A model generated the notes under the pieces. It saw only the letters and a list, made by a program, of their open reading frames with translations. It searched no databases and had not been told where the DNA came from. The translations under genes and the position numbers were made by a program. A stretch of 63,701 bases of DNA, filler included, from Folioceros fuciformis (Eukaryota): NCBI GenBank assembly GCA_049999805.1. It is 18 parts of 18 records of this genome, joined end to end, with 100 filler letters (N's around TTAATTAATTAA, not from the genome) between each part and the next. Parts side by side here need not be neighbours in the genome. Positions count along the whole stretch, not along the records: positions 1 to 3,062 come from JBNGIO010002726.1; positions 3,163 to 4,344 come from JBNGIO010002727.1; positions 4,445 to 6,677 come from JBNGIO010002728.1; positions 6,778 to 8,029 come from JBNGIO010002729.1; positions 8,130 to 11,875 come from JBNGIO010002730.1; 13 more parts are not named here. One strand, written 5' to 3'. Shown here piece after piece: positions 1 through 11,975 of this stretch (position 1 is its first letter; each line of letters starts with the position of its first letter).

Positions 1-3000
1 GAGATGTTCTTACCTCTTCTTCCTTCGATTCTGCACAACTGACAGCCGTGGAGAGTCAATTATTCTCTAATTGGATAATTGACTATGGAGCATCTTTCCA
101 TGTTACTCCGCATAGGCAGTGGTTTAGCACTTATGATGCTACTAGGAAAGGATGTGTTCGGCTTGGAAATAATTACGCATGCGAGATTGCAGGCGTTAGT
201 GATGTGCAGCTGAAGTCTGACAATGAATCTTCATTCATACTGAAGAATGTTAGGCATGTTCCGAAGTTGACAAAAAGCATGATTAGCGTAGGGAAGTTGG
301 ATGATGCTGGCTACCACTATTGGTTTGGGGATAATTCTTGGAAGATCTCCAAAGGTTCTCTTGTGTTAGCTCGTGGATCGAAGTGTGGCACTTTGTACTC
401 ACTTCAGGTAACCACTGTCAAGGATCCTGTGATTTGTGTAACGGAACAGCCAAATGTTTCCTTGTGGCATTGTCGGTTAGGACATATGTCTCAAAAAGGA
501 ATGAAGATCTTATCTCGTTTTGGTTACGTCTCTGCTTTTGACTTCTCCGATTTCTCCGTGTATGAGCACTATTTGTATGGCAAACAGACGAAGTCACCAC
601 ATGGAGCAAGAGATAAACACAAAAGTAAACCTCTTGAATTGGTTCACAGTGACGTATGTGGATCTATGCCCACTGTATCATTAGGTGCTGCATCCTATTT
701 TGTCACTTTCATAGATGATTTCTTATGCAAGGTGTGAGTTTATCCTTTAAGGAAAAAGGATGATGTTTTGACAGTGTTTCATAAATTTGTCACCCTTGTG
801 GAGAATCAGTCTAAGCTCCGACTAAAGTGTATGAGGACAGACAATGGTGGAGAGTACGTTTCGAAGGCTTTCTAGTCCTTCTGTGATTCCAAGGGAATCA
901 AGAGAGAATTGAATGCCTCGTATACTCCTCCCTAGAATGGTGTGGCTGAACGGATGAACAAGACCATCTAAGAGAGGATGCATAGTTTGTTGTCAAACTC
1001 TGGATTGCCTAACGGATTTTGGGCAGAAGCAGTGTCTACTACGGTGCATCTTATTAATAGATATCCTAATAAGGCCGTGGATGAGCAGGTTCCAAAGGAG
1101 TTGTGGTCTGGAAAGAAGCCATCTTACAAGCATCTACGAGTGTTTGGTTGCGAGGCATACTGCCTTGTTCCGAAGGAGTTTCGGGACAAGTTAGCACAAA
1201 AGCCAAGAAAATGTATTTTTCTTAGCTATGGTGACTCTGGTGAGATGGGATACCGTTTATGGGATCCAAAAGCCAAGAAGGTTGTTTGCAGCAATGATGT
1301 GTTCTTCAATGAGACCAAGATGCACAAGAAGCCTACTCCAATTGTGGAGGTCCGACGGGGTGGTCTTCCAAAAAGATGGACTTGACCGTCAGGGGCAGGT
1401 TGAACGTCGTGATGTGTAGGAACCCGTTCCTCCACTTGTAGAAGAGGAGAGAGTGCAACTAGCTCTGGTCGAGGCGCCTATGCTTCGTAGGTCAGGAAGG
1501 ATTTCACGTCCTTCTGATAGGTATGTTGCATCTCTTGACTATGTCATGCTAACGGATTGTGGGGAGCCCTCTTGGTACCAAGAGACCATGTTTGTGATTG
1601 ACAAGGACAAGTGGGAGAAGGCGATGCAGTCGCAAATGGATTTGCTCCATAAGAACCAAACTTGGGAGTTGGTTCGGTTGCCTAGGGGTAAGAAGGCATT
1701 GCCATGCAAATGGGTGTATAAGATGAAGGACATACCCCATTATGGCAAACCCAAGTACAAGGCACGATTGGTTGCTAAGGGTTTTAAGCAACAACAAGGT
1801 ATTGACTTTGATGAGATTTTCTCACCAGTTGTCAAAATGACCACTTTGCGATGTGTTCTTGCTCTGGTTGCGAGGAATGACATGGAACTTGTCCAGATGG
1901 ATGTAAAGTCGGCATTTCTGCATGGTGATCTCGAGGAAGAAGTATACATGTAGCAACCAGAGGGTTTCATTGAGAAGGGTAGAGAGAATCTGGTGTGCAG
2001 GTTAAAGAAGAGCCTTTATGGTTTGCAGCAGGCACCCAGAGAGTGGTATTACAAGTTCCACTCATTTATGCTTTCTCAAGGCCACAAACATAGCGAGGAG
2101 GATCATTGCCTCTATACGAAGCAAGCTAAGGATGGAAGCTTGCTCATTTTAGTCCTCTATGTGGATGATATGCTAATTGCTGGGAATATCAGTCATGAGA
2201 TTTCAGCGTTGAAGTCAAAGTTGAATGCTCGCTTTGACATGATAGGCTTAGGAGAGGCAAGCCATATTCTTGGCATGCGTATTCGTTGAGACATACATAA
2301 GCATTTGCTTTACTTGTCTCAGACTGAATACATTAACAGGGTGCTTCAACGTTTCAACATGGAGAAGGAGAAGGTATTGAGTACTCCGTTGCCTCCATAT
2401 GTGTTCTATACTCATCAGCTGTAGGGAGTTTGATGTATGCAATGATTGCTACACGTCCTGACATTGCTTTTGTAGTGGGAGTGGTTAGCAGGTTTATGTC
2501 AAACCCTGGCAGGAAGCATTGGGAGGCAGTGAAAGGAGTTATGAGGTACTTAAATGGTACAAAAGCTTTGTGCATATGTTTTGGTAGTGAAGATGCATCT
2601 GTCGTGGGATATACGGATGCTGATTATGTAGGGGATATGGACCAAAGAAGGTCCACATTAGGTTATGTCTTCATGTGCACTGGAGGGGTAGTCTCATGAA
2701 GATCTCATTTGCAATCGTGCATAACGTTATCTATCACATAGGCCGAGTATGTTGCAGCGACTAAGGCTTACAAGGAAGCCTTGTGGCTTGCTTGTTTAGT
2801 GGGAGACTTGGGGATCAAGGTTGAGCTGCCAGTGTTGCATTGTGATAGCTAGGGTGTTATCCAATTGGCGAAGAATCCAATGTTTCATGCAAAGACCAAA
2901 CATGTGGAAGTGAAGTATCGCTTCATTCGAGAGGTGTTGGAAGACAAGAGGGTACAGCTTGTCAAAGTTCACACCAATCAGAACCCTGCAGATATTCTTA

Positions 3001-3059
3001 CCAAGGGGCTCTCTACGGAGCAATTCACACAAGCTCAGACACTCATGGGCATGAGGTAG
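1..3059 (+). mobile_element. Ty1/copia (Tnt1-like) pol, degenerate: protease, GAG-pre-integrase, integrase, RT, RNase H
   Basis: Motifs appear in copia order: [72 protein letters not shown]. Many premature stops and a deletion near 2400. Confidence 0.95.
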
Positions 3060-3062
3060 ACC

Positions 3063-3162
3063 NNNNNNNNNNNNNNNNNNNNNNNNNNNNNNNNNNNNNN
3101 NNNNNNTTAATTAATTAANNNNNNNNNNNNNNNNNNNNNNNNNNNNNNNNNNNNNNNNNNNN
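3063..3162. other. Artificial contig linker N44-TTAATTAATTAA-N44 (first of 17)
   Basis: Identical 100-bp linkers start at 3063, 4345, 6678, 8030, 11876, 14225, 22300, 24258, 39549, 41689, 44260, 47410, 50846, 52344, 53874, 57569 and 61976. The core gives stops in all six frames. Confidence 0.98.
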
Positions 3163-4344
3163 TGTAAGGGACTGTAAACTGGCGAGTAATCCCTCTATCT
3201 TCACAGAATGCTTGGAAGAGACCACTGTTGAGTTCCCCTGCATTGTCAGAACGAATGCACCGCAGCTTGCACCCTGTGTGCAACTTGGCCATCGAGACAA
3301 AGGGCTGGAACACAGCAAAGGTGTCACTCTTGAGACGGAGCGGATACACAAAGGTATAACGAGAGTAATCATCAACAATCGTCATAAAATGGCGGGCTCC
3401 GCCTAAAGAGAGTACAGGAAGAGGTCCACACAAATCCACATGAACTAGTTCCAAGGGCTGAGAAGCTCTGTGGGCAGGAAGACTAGAGTATGGAGCACTA
3501 CGCTGCTTAGCCAACACGCAAGCTTCACAAAATGGGGTAGTCTTCGCCAAGGCTGGAAGCTTGTCACGGTAGAGATCCTACATGGACATGGCAAGAAGCT
3601 TGGCAGAGTTAAGATGCCCAAGCCGACAGTGCCATAAGAAGGCTTGCCCGGAGGACGAGTGCCTTGTAGTAACTGCAGCCTTAGTCGAATCCACCACAGA
3701 AACACTGGAGGAAGACACAAGGGTGCCAGAAAATATATATTGATCGCTCTGGAGACAACCTCTGGCAACCACCTTGTGTGGCTGAGAGGAACGATAGAGT
3801 AGACAACTGGCTTTGACAAACTCCAATTTAAAAAGACCATCTTGCATAAGATGCCGAATGGAGATAAGGTTCTTGGCCATGTGTGGAACATAGAGAACAT
3901 CCGTCAGAATAAGGATAGAACCATCGTCTAATTTGAAAGTCACCGTCCCAATGCCATGAATGGCAAGACCGGAGTCATCTCCTAAGAGTACATACCGTGG
4001 AGGTTCAGAAGACACCTCATAGGTAGTAAACATTCGCTTGGAACTGCAAATATGAGCAGTAGCTGTAGAGTCAAGGAGCCACAATGTCTTGTGTGCCGAT
4101 GCGACAAGGCACACTGTTAGAGCAATCTCTGAATTAAGCTGATTCTTGGCCTTGGGCGTAGCTACCATGTTGGCAGACTTGGGCGCTCGCTTGGCCTCAC
4201 CAGCTTGCTTCTTTCTACACTCCCTCTCCCAATGGCCAGGAATTTAACACCAATTACAAACACCTTGGCGCTTCTGGGGTTTGGAGGTAGAGGCAGCAGA
4301 AGCAGATTTGGGATGACTGTTAGAAGGCATCCGCTTTGACATAT
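3163..4344 (-). mobile_element. Ty1/copia fragment: gag zinc knuckle, protease, integrase N-terminal part
   Basis: CNWC..GHWERECRKK knuckle, WLLDSTATAHIC, LWHCRLGH, CEAC, LELVHVDLCGP, RSDNAGE. Confidence 0.93.
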
Positions 4345-4444
4345 NNNNNNNNNNNNNNNNNNNNNNNNNNNNNNNNNNNNNNNNNNNNTTAATTAATTAA
4401 NNNNNNNNNNNNNNNNNNNNNNNNNNNNNNNNNNNNNNNNNNNN

Positions 4445-5677
4445 CCCCTGCAGTGGCCCCAGCTAGCCGATCAGCCAGAACGCCGCCTGGCTCTAGCCGT
4501 GGCTAGCCGTTTCACTAGCCACCAACTTCCCTGGCTCGCTCTTGGCTAGATCCGATGCCCACTCGGCCTAGTTCCGACTCCAAGTTGCTACACCCAACTC
4601 GACTGATCACTTCACGAGAGCCCGGCTGCTTGACTAGCTTCAGGACCCGACCCAAGCCGCCAACGCCTGCTGCTGCCTGAGAGCTGGCCATGCTGTTGCC
4701 TGGATTCGCCTCAGCCCGTCCACCAGTCGCCTCCCCGGATCCACCTAGCCTGTCGGCCTGTTGGATCCGGCCTGTAAGGCCGCATCCAGCCCGCCACCAG
4801 CCAGCAGCTGCGGCCAGCCGGCCCTCTATCTGGCTAAAACCAAACCCGCCAAGCCTGCCAAGGCCTGGCTGCCTTCCCCGGCCAGGCGGCTACCTGGCTG
4901 TCCGGCTGGATCCGCCTACCAGGCCACACACCGCCCTCCTGGCCAATTGGCTCAGGCCGCCCACTTGCTCGGCCTGCCTGCGTTGGGCTGGACCAACCCC
5001 AACCAGCCCGGCCAGCCGACTAGCCGGCCAGCCTGCCTGGCTTCGGGATATGGCCCTGTCTGGCCTGCCGGTTCCGTTTATCAGCTTGCAGATCCTCCCC
5101 GACCAGGATCCCCCTTAACCAGCTGGCCTACTCCTGCTACTGGCCGGGTTGGGCTGGGCTGTCTGGCGTTCCGGCCAGCCCGCCTGGATCACCTGCCGGG
5201 CCCCTCAGCAGCCGCTTGGCCCAGCCACCTGCCAGACCTCCTGGAGCCTGCCAACTAGGCGGCCTCCCATCCTAACTAACGCTTACTAGGGGCCCTCCTG
5301 CTAGCCTCGATCCGGCCAGCCGCCATGCCCGAGTCAACTCGAAGCGCCCGGACTTGCCTGCTGCTCCTCAATCCTCAGTCCACCCTGTTCCGGCTAGCCA
5401 TCCTCGTGCACTGCCTGCCCGCTCCATGGAACCCACTCGCCTCCTACCCATAGATCTAGGGCTCCACACACACACCTGAACACCCTCGCCAAGGGGACAT
5501 ATATCCGTGGCCTATTTACCGCACATCCCACCAAACCCCTATCGACCCACCGTTAATCTAACCTCTAATCTAACCTAATCTTCTAACCACTCCTCCACGA
5601 ATTTCAATCAAAAAACCAACCAAAAAAAGCAAACTCAGTCCTTTCTTAGGGGATCTACTCGTCATGTGGACTCCACA
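4445..5677 (-). mobile_element. Putative LTR (5' part) of a GC-rich LTR retrotransposon inserted into copia RT
   Basis: The copia RT frame breaks at 5677, where the insert begins TGTGGAGTCC on the minus strand. A TATA-like GGATATATG follows at about 5500, then GC-rich degenerate GGCCAGCC repeats. Confidence 0.55.
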
Positions 5678-6502
5678 GCATGACATCCTAAACTTTGTAG
5701 CTAGCATATCAATGACGCTTGTTATAAAGTCTTGGTTGTAGCTAGAGAGGATGAGATCGTCTACATAAACTGCAAGGTAGCATATGACATCTTCCTTTAT
5801 GTAGACATACAGACTACTATCTACCTTGCTCTTAGTGAAACCTAACTTCAGCAAATCTGTATCTAGGGCAGTGTTCCACTTCATAGCTGACTGTTTCAAA
5901 CCATACAAGCACTTAATCAGCCGACAAGCATGATTCTCTTTTCCTTTTACCTCATAACCTAGAGGCTGCTGCATGTATATCTTAATGTCAAGTTTCCCAT
6001 GTAGGAATGTTGTTTTGACATCATACATTTGCAGTTCATAATTATAGCGTGCGGACATGGCAAGGATTGTTCTGAGGGTGGCAAGCTTGACGACTAGACC
6101 AACAGTTTCAAGATAGTTCAGTCCTAGGACCTGAGAGAATCTCCTTGCGATCAAGCGAGCCTTGTACCTATCAAAGGTACCATCTGCCTTTACTTTTAAT
6201 TTGAAAACCCATTTGTACGAAACCAACTTTCTGCCTTGTGGCAATTCTGCAAGCTCCCATGTGCCGTTTTCGATTAAGGAGTCATATTCTGACTGAATAG
6301 CTTTCTCCCATTCAATGCAGTCAGGTCTACTTAATGCCTCTTGGTAGGACTGTGGTTCAACAGGATCCAAGGACATGGTCGTATTGACTTCCACATGTGA
6401 AGAGGTGACTCTAAAATCAGGCGCACGACAATAATTTGGAGGTTGCCTGTGACAAGATGGATATCGTCGAGATGGATCTATATGCTAAGATTCCTATACA
6501 GG
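5678..6502 (-). mobile_element. Ty1/copia reverse transcriptase fragment
   Basis: EPQSYQEAL, NGTWEL, YKARLIAR, LYGLKQS, YVDDLIL. Confidence 0.93.
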
Positions 6503-6677
6503 TATGAACCTCCAAAGTTTGGGGTAGTGGTTTGTTTTGGTTGAAAAAGGGTTAATAGTGGTATGGTTTGGTTTTCTTTTTCTACTTCTTTTCCCTAATT
6601 TTCCTTTGGTCATTTTTCCTATTTTTCTTTGTGCTAATTAGGTTAATTGACCAGGAAATAGTTGGTTTGGTTATAAG
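6503..6677 (+). repeat. Terminus of high-copy element family A (TGTGAACCTCCAAAGTTTGGGG...), copy 1
   Basis: Closely similar to copies at 14325-14406, 39649-39923, 44360-44566 and 47320-47409. This copy starts TATGAACC and runs to the contig end. Confidence 0.9.
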
Positions 6678-6777
6678 NNNNNNNNNNNNNNNNNNNNNNN
6701 NNNNNNNNNNNNNNNNNNNNNTTAATTAATTAANNNNNNNNNNNNNNNNNNNNNNNNNNNNNNNNNNNNNNNNNNNN

Positions 6778-7950
6778 TACTTTCTCCCCCCTCACGTGAT
6801 AACAACGTCTTCTCAGCCTCATCCAATGGCCTGCACGCCCAAGAAGATCAACCATGCAAGTGTAATGCTCAATAGTAGGTTTGATGCCATGCTGTGCAGC
6901 CATGGAATCGAAGTACATGAGACCATCATGGACCAGTCCCACGTGACTGCATGCTACCAAAAGGAAAGCGAAAGTAGCATCATTGGGCTGAATACCGGCA
7001 GCTAACATGTCCTCGAAACAAGCTAGTGCCTTGTGACCTTCGTCACAGGAACCGTACCCGGCAATCAGCGCATTCCATGTCACCACACTCTTTGTGGCCA
7101 AGCTGTCAAAAACCTGGCGTGCATCTTCCACTTCGCCACACTTTGCATACATGTCCACCAGGCTTGTGCCCACCACCGCTTTGTCCAGCAGTCCTCTTCC
7201 CACAATCTGTGAGTGCAGCTGCCTGCCCTTCTGCAACGCACCAGTGCTTCCACAGGCCTTCAGAAGGCAAGAGAAAGTAACATCGTCAGCTACAATGACA
7301 CCCGGCTCCTCCATTTGTCCATACACAAGAAGCGCCTCTTGGCCCAGTCCTTGCTGTACGTACCCAGCTATCAGAGCATTCCATGTCACCACATTCTTGT
7401 TCGGCAAGCTGTCAAAAACCTGGCGTGCATCTTCCAATTCGCCACATTTGCATACATCTCCACCACGCAAGTGCCCACCACTATGTCATCCAGAAGATTC
7501 CTTTCAACAATCTGCAAGTGCAGCTGCCTGCCTTTCAGGATTCCGCGCTGAAGCAGCGCAGAGGAGGTCCGGGGAGTACCACACTCTCCATGTATCTTCC
7601 AAGCGACCACACTTTACATTTGCTGACATGTTCACCAAACTGCAGGCTACAAACATATCGTCTTCATGTCCTCGTTCCTTAGTTTGCTCATGAAACTCCT
7701 TTCCTCGCTTTAAAGAGGTTCTGCCTGAATTTGCAGATGCCTGCAGACGCAGCTAAATGTCACGGAATCAGGTGTAGCCATACCCGTCCTCTTGCATAGC
7801 ACTGTACAGGCGAAGGGCTTCCTGGCCCGTGCCGTGCTGGGGAGTTTCCTGCTATCATGGCATTCCACGTTTCCACAATAATTTTCTGACCTAATTCATC
7901 AAACACAGCTGCCACACTCGTCGTGCATCCTGCAAGCTGCAAAATCACAG
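6778..7950 (-). pseudogene. PLS-class pentatricopeptide repeat (PPR) gene, frameshifted
   Basis: P/L/S motifs KCGELEDARQVFDSLPNKNVVTWNALIAGY, DDVTFSCLLKACGSTGALQKGRQLH, GIQPNDATF, HYTCMVDLLGRAGH. Frameshifts near 6825, 7460 and 7540-7900; truncated at the contig end. Confidence 0.88.
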
Positions 7951-8129
7951 AGAAGTGACCACGTTTCAGTCACTCTCCAGTGTAGTTGGTGTGGGTTGAT
8001 GGCGGATTGGAATTGATTGGGAAAGACGGNNNNNNNNNNNNNNNNNNNNNNNNNNNNNNNNNNNNNNNNNNNNTTAATTAATTAANNNNNNNNNNNNNNN
8101 NNNNNNNNNNNNNNNNNNNNNNNNNNNNN

Positions 8130-8967
8130 AGAAGAAGGAGGAACTGCTTGTAGATTTGGAATATGATCAAGAGCGAGTTCTATTGCCTTCACTTGACTTA
8201 AACTAAAGATAGTAAGCAAGTTTCTTCTAGCAATTTCTATCTGCCTCCCTTGATCTTCTACTTTGATTAGCATAGAGCCAATAAAGTTAGCAATAAGTAT
8301 GGAATCTCCTACTATTTGGCTATACTTCCTAGCAATTCTAATCTTTGCATTCCTATATTCTATATCTTGTCTTGCAGCCTTAATCTTCTTCCAATAGCCT
8401 AGCTTGCGAGGATTGAAGGAATCCATCGCATTGGAGCAAGGATTGGATGCACTGAGTGTGCATTATTGAAGATTAGGGAACCTGCAAACATGACAGCAAT
8501 CTATGACATGCAATCTATCCATCTTCTAAAAAGAAATGAAGAAGAAGAAGAAGAAGAAGTGTAGATCAGCATGCCGAGTTGCCCAATGCAAATAGAGAGC
8601 AACAATGCTTTGATACCATGATGAGAATCATAGCTGCTCTAGGTAGCAAAACATAGTAAGCAGATAGTAGAAAGCTTTGCACAAAAAGAGTTGTATGCAT
8701 TGATTATAATAGAAAGTACAAAGCCTTTATATAGGCTGAGTGGTTACAACCATAAGGTGGTTGTAACCATAAGTAGTTCTAACCTCTAAGTGGTTGTAAC
8801 CATAAGTAGTTCTAACCTCTAAGTGGTTGTAACCATAAGTAGTTCTAACCTATAAGTGGTTATAACAACTAACTACTCAATAAACTACCTAAAGCCCTAA
8901 GAACTAAATTAATTAATAGTCTTAGGTGCCCAAGTGAAGAGTGCCCTGAATAGGTCATATTTCATCA
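8130..8967 (-). mobile_element. LTR retrotransposon 5' end: LTR 8619-8967, tRNA-iMet PBS 8607-8618, first ORF starting 8426
   Basis: The LTR has TGATGA...TCATCA inverted ends and CTATATAAA at about 8730. PBS TGGTATCAAAGC lies immediately internal. Confidence 0.85.
8757..8867. repeat. 33-bp tandem repeat (3+ copies) inside the LTR U3
   Basis: GTGGTTGTAACCATAAGTAGTTCTAACCTCTAA at 8757, 8790, 8823, with a partial copy at 8856. Confidence 0.9.
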
Positions 8968-9420
8968 CTTTGAACATAGCAGACGTGAATTTGGGCAATC
9001 GCTTGAATGAACATTAGGGTTAATGGTGGTTGCCACGAAGCTAGGTATTGTAAGCGTAATTGGTACATGGTTTACTATCGCGTGATGCCCGCACCGCCAC
9101 ACCGCGTGGAACAGCCTGTTGGTGTACACAACGGTTTCAGGTCACGGACGGAGGATGAGAACTAGTAAGGCCACGTCGTTGGGCGAAACGGAATGGCTTT
9201 TGACACCAACCGTAAGGCCTGGCACAACCGTACCGCACGGGCTGTGGTAGGCATTAACTTCCATCGGGTATTGATGTGTAGGCTCACCATGCTATGGTGA
9301 GTCATGAATAATCCGAACAGGTGGCCAAAAGTTTTGACGCCCATGCGCTACATACCACCAACACGGGACATGAGAAAGCCGCTCGTCCCTACCCGCTTAC
9401 ACGTTACTAATAATACTTGT

Positions 9421-9528
9421 TTAAGGCTCCAAGTGCACCCTAGCTCACGAGCTTATGGTATGTGAACTCCCGAAAGTATTAAGGCTCCAAGTGCACCCTG
9501 GCTCACAAGCTTATGGTATGTGAACTCC
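9421..9528. repeat. Direct repeat of about 50 bp, two copies, period 58
   Basis: TTAAGGCTCCAAGTGCACCCT(A/G)GCTCAC(G/A)AGCTTATGGTATGTGAACTCC at 9421 and 9479. Confidence 0.9.
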
Positions 9529-9829
9529 GGTCATTTGCATAGCGTGAGATGCAAGTTTAGAGCAGCATGTTCAATCTTTGCTTTCAAGCGCTCTTGTGAT
9601 TACGGATAGGGATTTTGGTTAAAGGTTGAGATTAGGGTTAGGGTTAGGGCTATTTTATCTTTGGGATAGGGGAATGTGATTTACGGATAATAATATGGAT
9701 TTGAGTTCTTGTATTAATTTAGAAGAGTTACCAACTAACACACCTTTTGTGGTGTAGCTTCCTAAATTAGGGTTATTTAACCATACTGATCTAAACTGGG
9801 TTTCTTCTCAATATGACCATTCTAGGGCA

Positions 9830-11875
9830 CCAGGGCAGCAAAAACATGTGAAGGGTGGCTCATATACTCTTTTCTAGAGTGGGAGACCTTATTGGGGGAA
9901 TGAGTGCTATAAGTTCCCATCTTACGAACTTCTACAAGAAGGATTCTAAGGGGCCGGGGAGTTTACCTCGCCCTGCAGTACAGACAATGGATACAACTGC
10001 ATTATATGTTAGGTAAGAAGGTTTGAAGTATGCAACTTGTTTTATTACTTAGGGAGGCATTAACATTGTGAGGCTTGCTTGCAGGTATTGGTGTTCTTAC
10101 GGCTCGGAAGACTTTCGTCAAAAGGAGGTGGGAGTGTCATGTGGTGCTAATACAGCTAATTGTTATCTCCTCTGTGGAGAGAGTGTCAAGCATGGTTTCC
10201 AAGCAAATTTTAGGGTGAAGAAACTTCTCGTGTGGCCTACGGTTGTTGATATTGGTCTTTTTGAACATAGGCGTATTGACCTTTCAAATGCTATATGTCA
10301 TGGGCCTGGGTACGAAGGCTTATCCCGTGATGTCAGAGCAATATGGCTTTCACAGGAAAAGAAGGATTGGATCAGGCATTGCCTACATTGCAAAGTTCTT
10401 GTTGATGAAATAATGCGTTGACATCAAGATGCATTGTATGCTCGAATCAACAATGAGACAGAGGTATATGAGCTAGTAAGAGATGATTATATGCAAAGAT
10501 ATGATGTTCTTAATATACTTACACAAGTTGAAGTTCGTGAATGGAAGCTAGCCCCGGATGATGCCTCATTAGTGTCCAAATGGTTGGAGCAAAATGCATC
10601 TATAGTCTTCCACCAATCAAGTGAGAATCAACCTTTCGCTTTGGGTATTCAAACTCCTTTTATGTTAAATTGCATGTTGCTTTATGGTAATGGTAATGTG
10701 CTAGCTATGGATGTAGCTTTGGGGTTGAACAAGTATCGCTATCACTTATTCACTGTGATGGGTTTTGACCATTTCTTGAACGGTTTTCTAGTAGCATGGG
10801 CTATTACAAAAGATGCTACTACTGAGTCACTTGGTATGTGGCTTTCAGCTTTACGGAAGAAGGTTAAAAAGATCAACAAGGATTGGACACCTAGTTCATT
10901 CTTGATGATTGTCAACCACAAATTTCTACTATTCGCTCAGTGTGGAATCATAATATGCCTACATCATTTGTGGTATGTGCGGAAAGCGTGGAGACAGAAT
11001 TTATTGAAGAAAGTGCACTCACAAAGTAATCGAATATCAATATGGGCAGAGCTAGGGGATATCATGTATGTTATAGGGGCAAGCACATCTTCATAGTGTG
11101 TTTCCATAGGAAGAAGTATGCTACACAGTTTTTATGACAAGTGGGGAACAAGTGAAGGAGACTTTGTGAGATATATAAAAGTCCAATGGGGAGAGATTAT
11201 AGATATGTGGTTGTGTAATGTTAGAATGTTGCCTCATGCAGGGCAACATACAACTTTAGCTGTAGAAGGATTCCATAGATTTATAAAAGAACGTGCAGCA
11301 TTTAGCAAGTCAAGTTTGTCTGGCCATAGACTAGACTGGTTGCTACACCAATTAGTGAATGTGGTTGCCCGACATTATTGGCACCAACACTTCACGAAAG
11401 AAGGGGGATACAGGCACAATAAGAAGCTGAAGGCTTTGGAGGAAACTGCTATGATGGGTGCAGAAACTATTCCTATTAGCTCAGTTATTTTACTGCATGC
11501 CAAAATTGTTGCTGCACATTGTTTGTCTTCATCGACCCCTAACTTGTGGTGTGTGATTAAACATGTTTACTCTCCTTGGGCTACATGCTCATGTCCAGTG
11601 GGGAACAAAGCTTTCATCTGCAAGCATGTGGTGAAAGTTCAACAACTCCTTGGCATATACAAGAATAATGCAGCAGCAGCTAGGCAAAATGGAAGAACAA
11701 ATGGAACGTATGTTGCTAAAAGTAGTGATACCAACAACTTGGCAATGGCTTTTTGGATGCAGGATCAAGAAGCTCTACACATTGTGTTGCCTAGTAATCC
11801 TTTGGTGGCACCAATATATAAGACACAATTGGAGATGGCAAAAGAAAAACGGTTGGATTTTATTAAAACGGCATG
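9830..11875 (+). mobile_element. Mutator-like (MULE) transposase with SWIM zinc finger, degenerate, intron 10013-10084
   Basis: Spliced YVR|YWCSYGSED, ICHGP, MULE core LAMDVALGLNKYRYHLFTVMGFD...VAW...VRKAW, SWIM CSC-x8-CKH. Stops at about 10420 and 11095. 5' limit approximate. Confidence 0.85.
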
Positions 11876-11975
11876 NNNNNNNNNNNNNNNNNNNNNNNNN
11901 NNNNNNNNNNNNNNNNNNNTTAATTAATTAANNNNNNNNNNNNNNNNNNNNNNNNNNNNNNNNNNNNNNNNNNNN

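Noticed and set aside
4690..5258. Pro/Ala-rich ORFs of 142 and 165 aa
   Set aside because: GC-rich degenerate repeats within an LTR-like segment give open frames by composition; no domain signal.
9632..9649. Telomere or chromosome end
   Set aside because: Only three TTAGGG units, internal to a contig; telo-box-like motifs are common in plant TEs and promoters.
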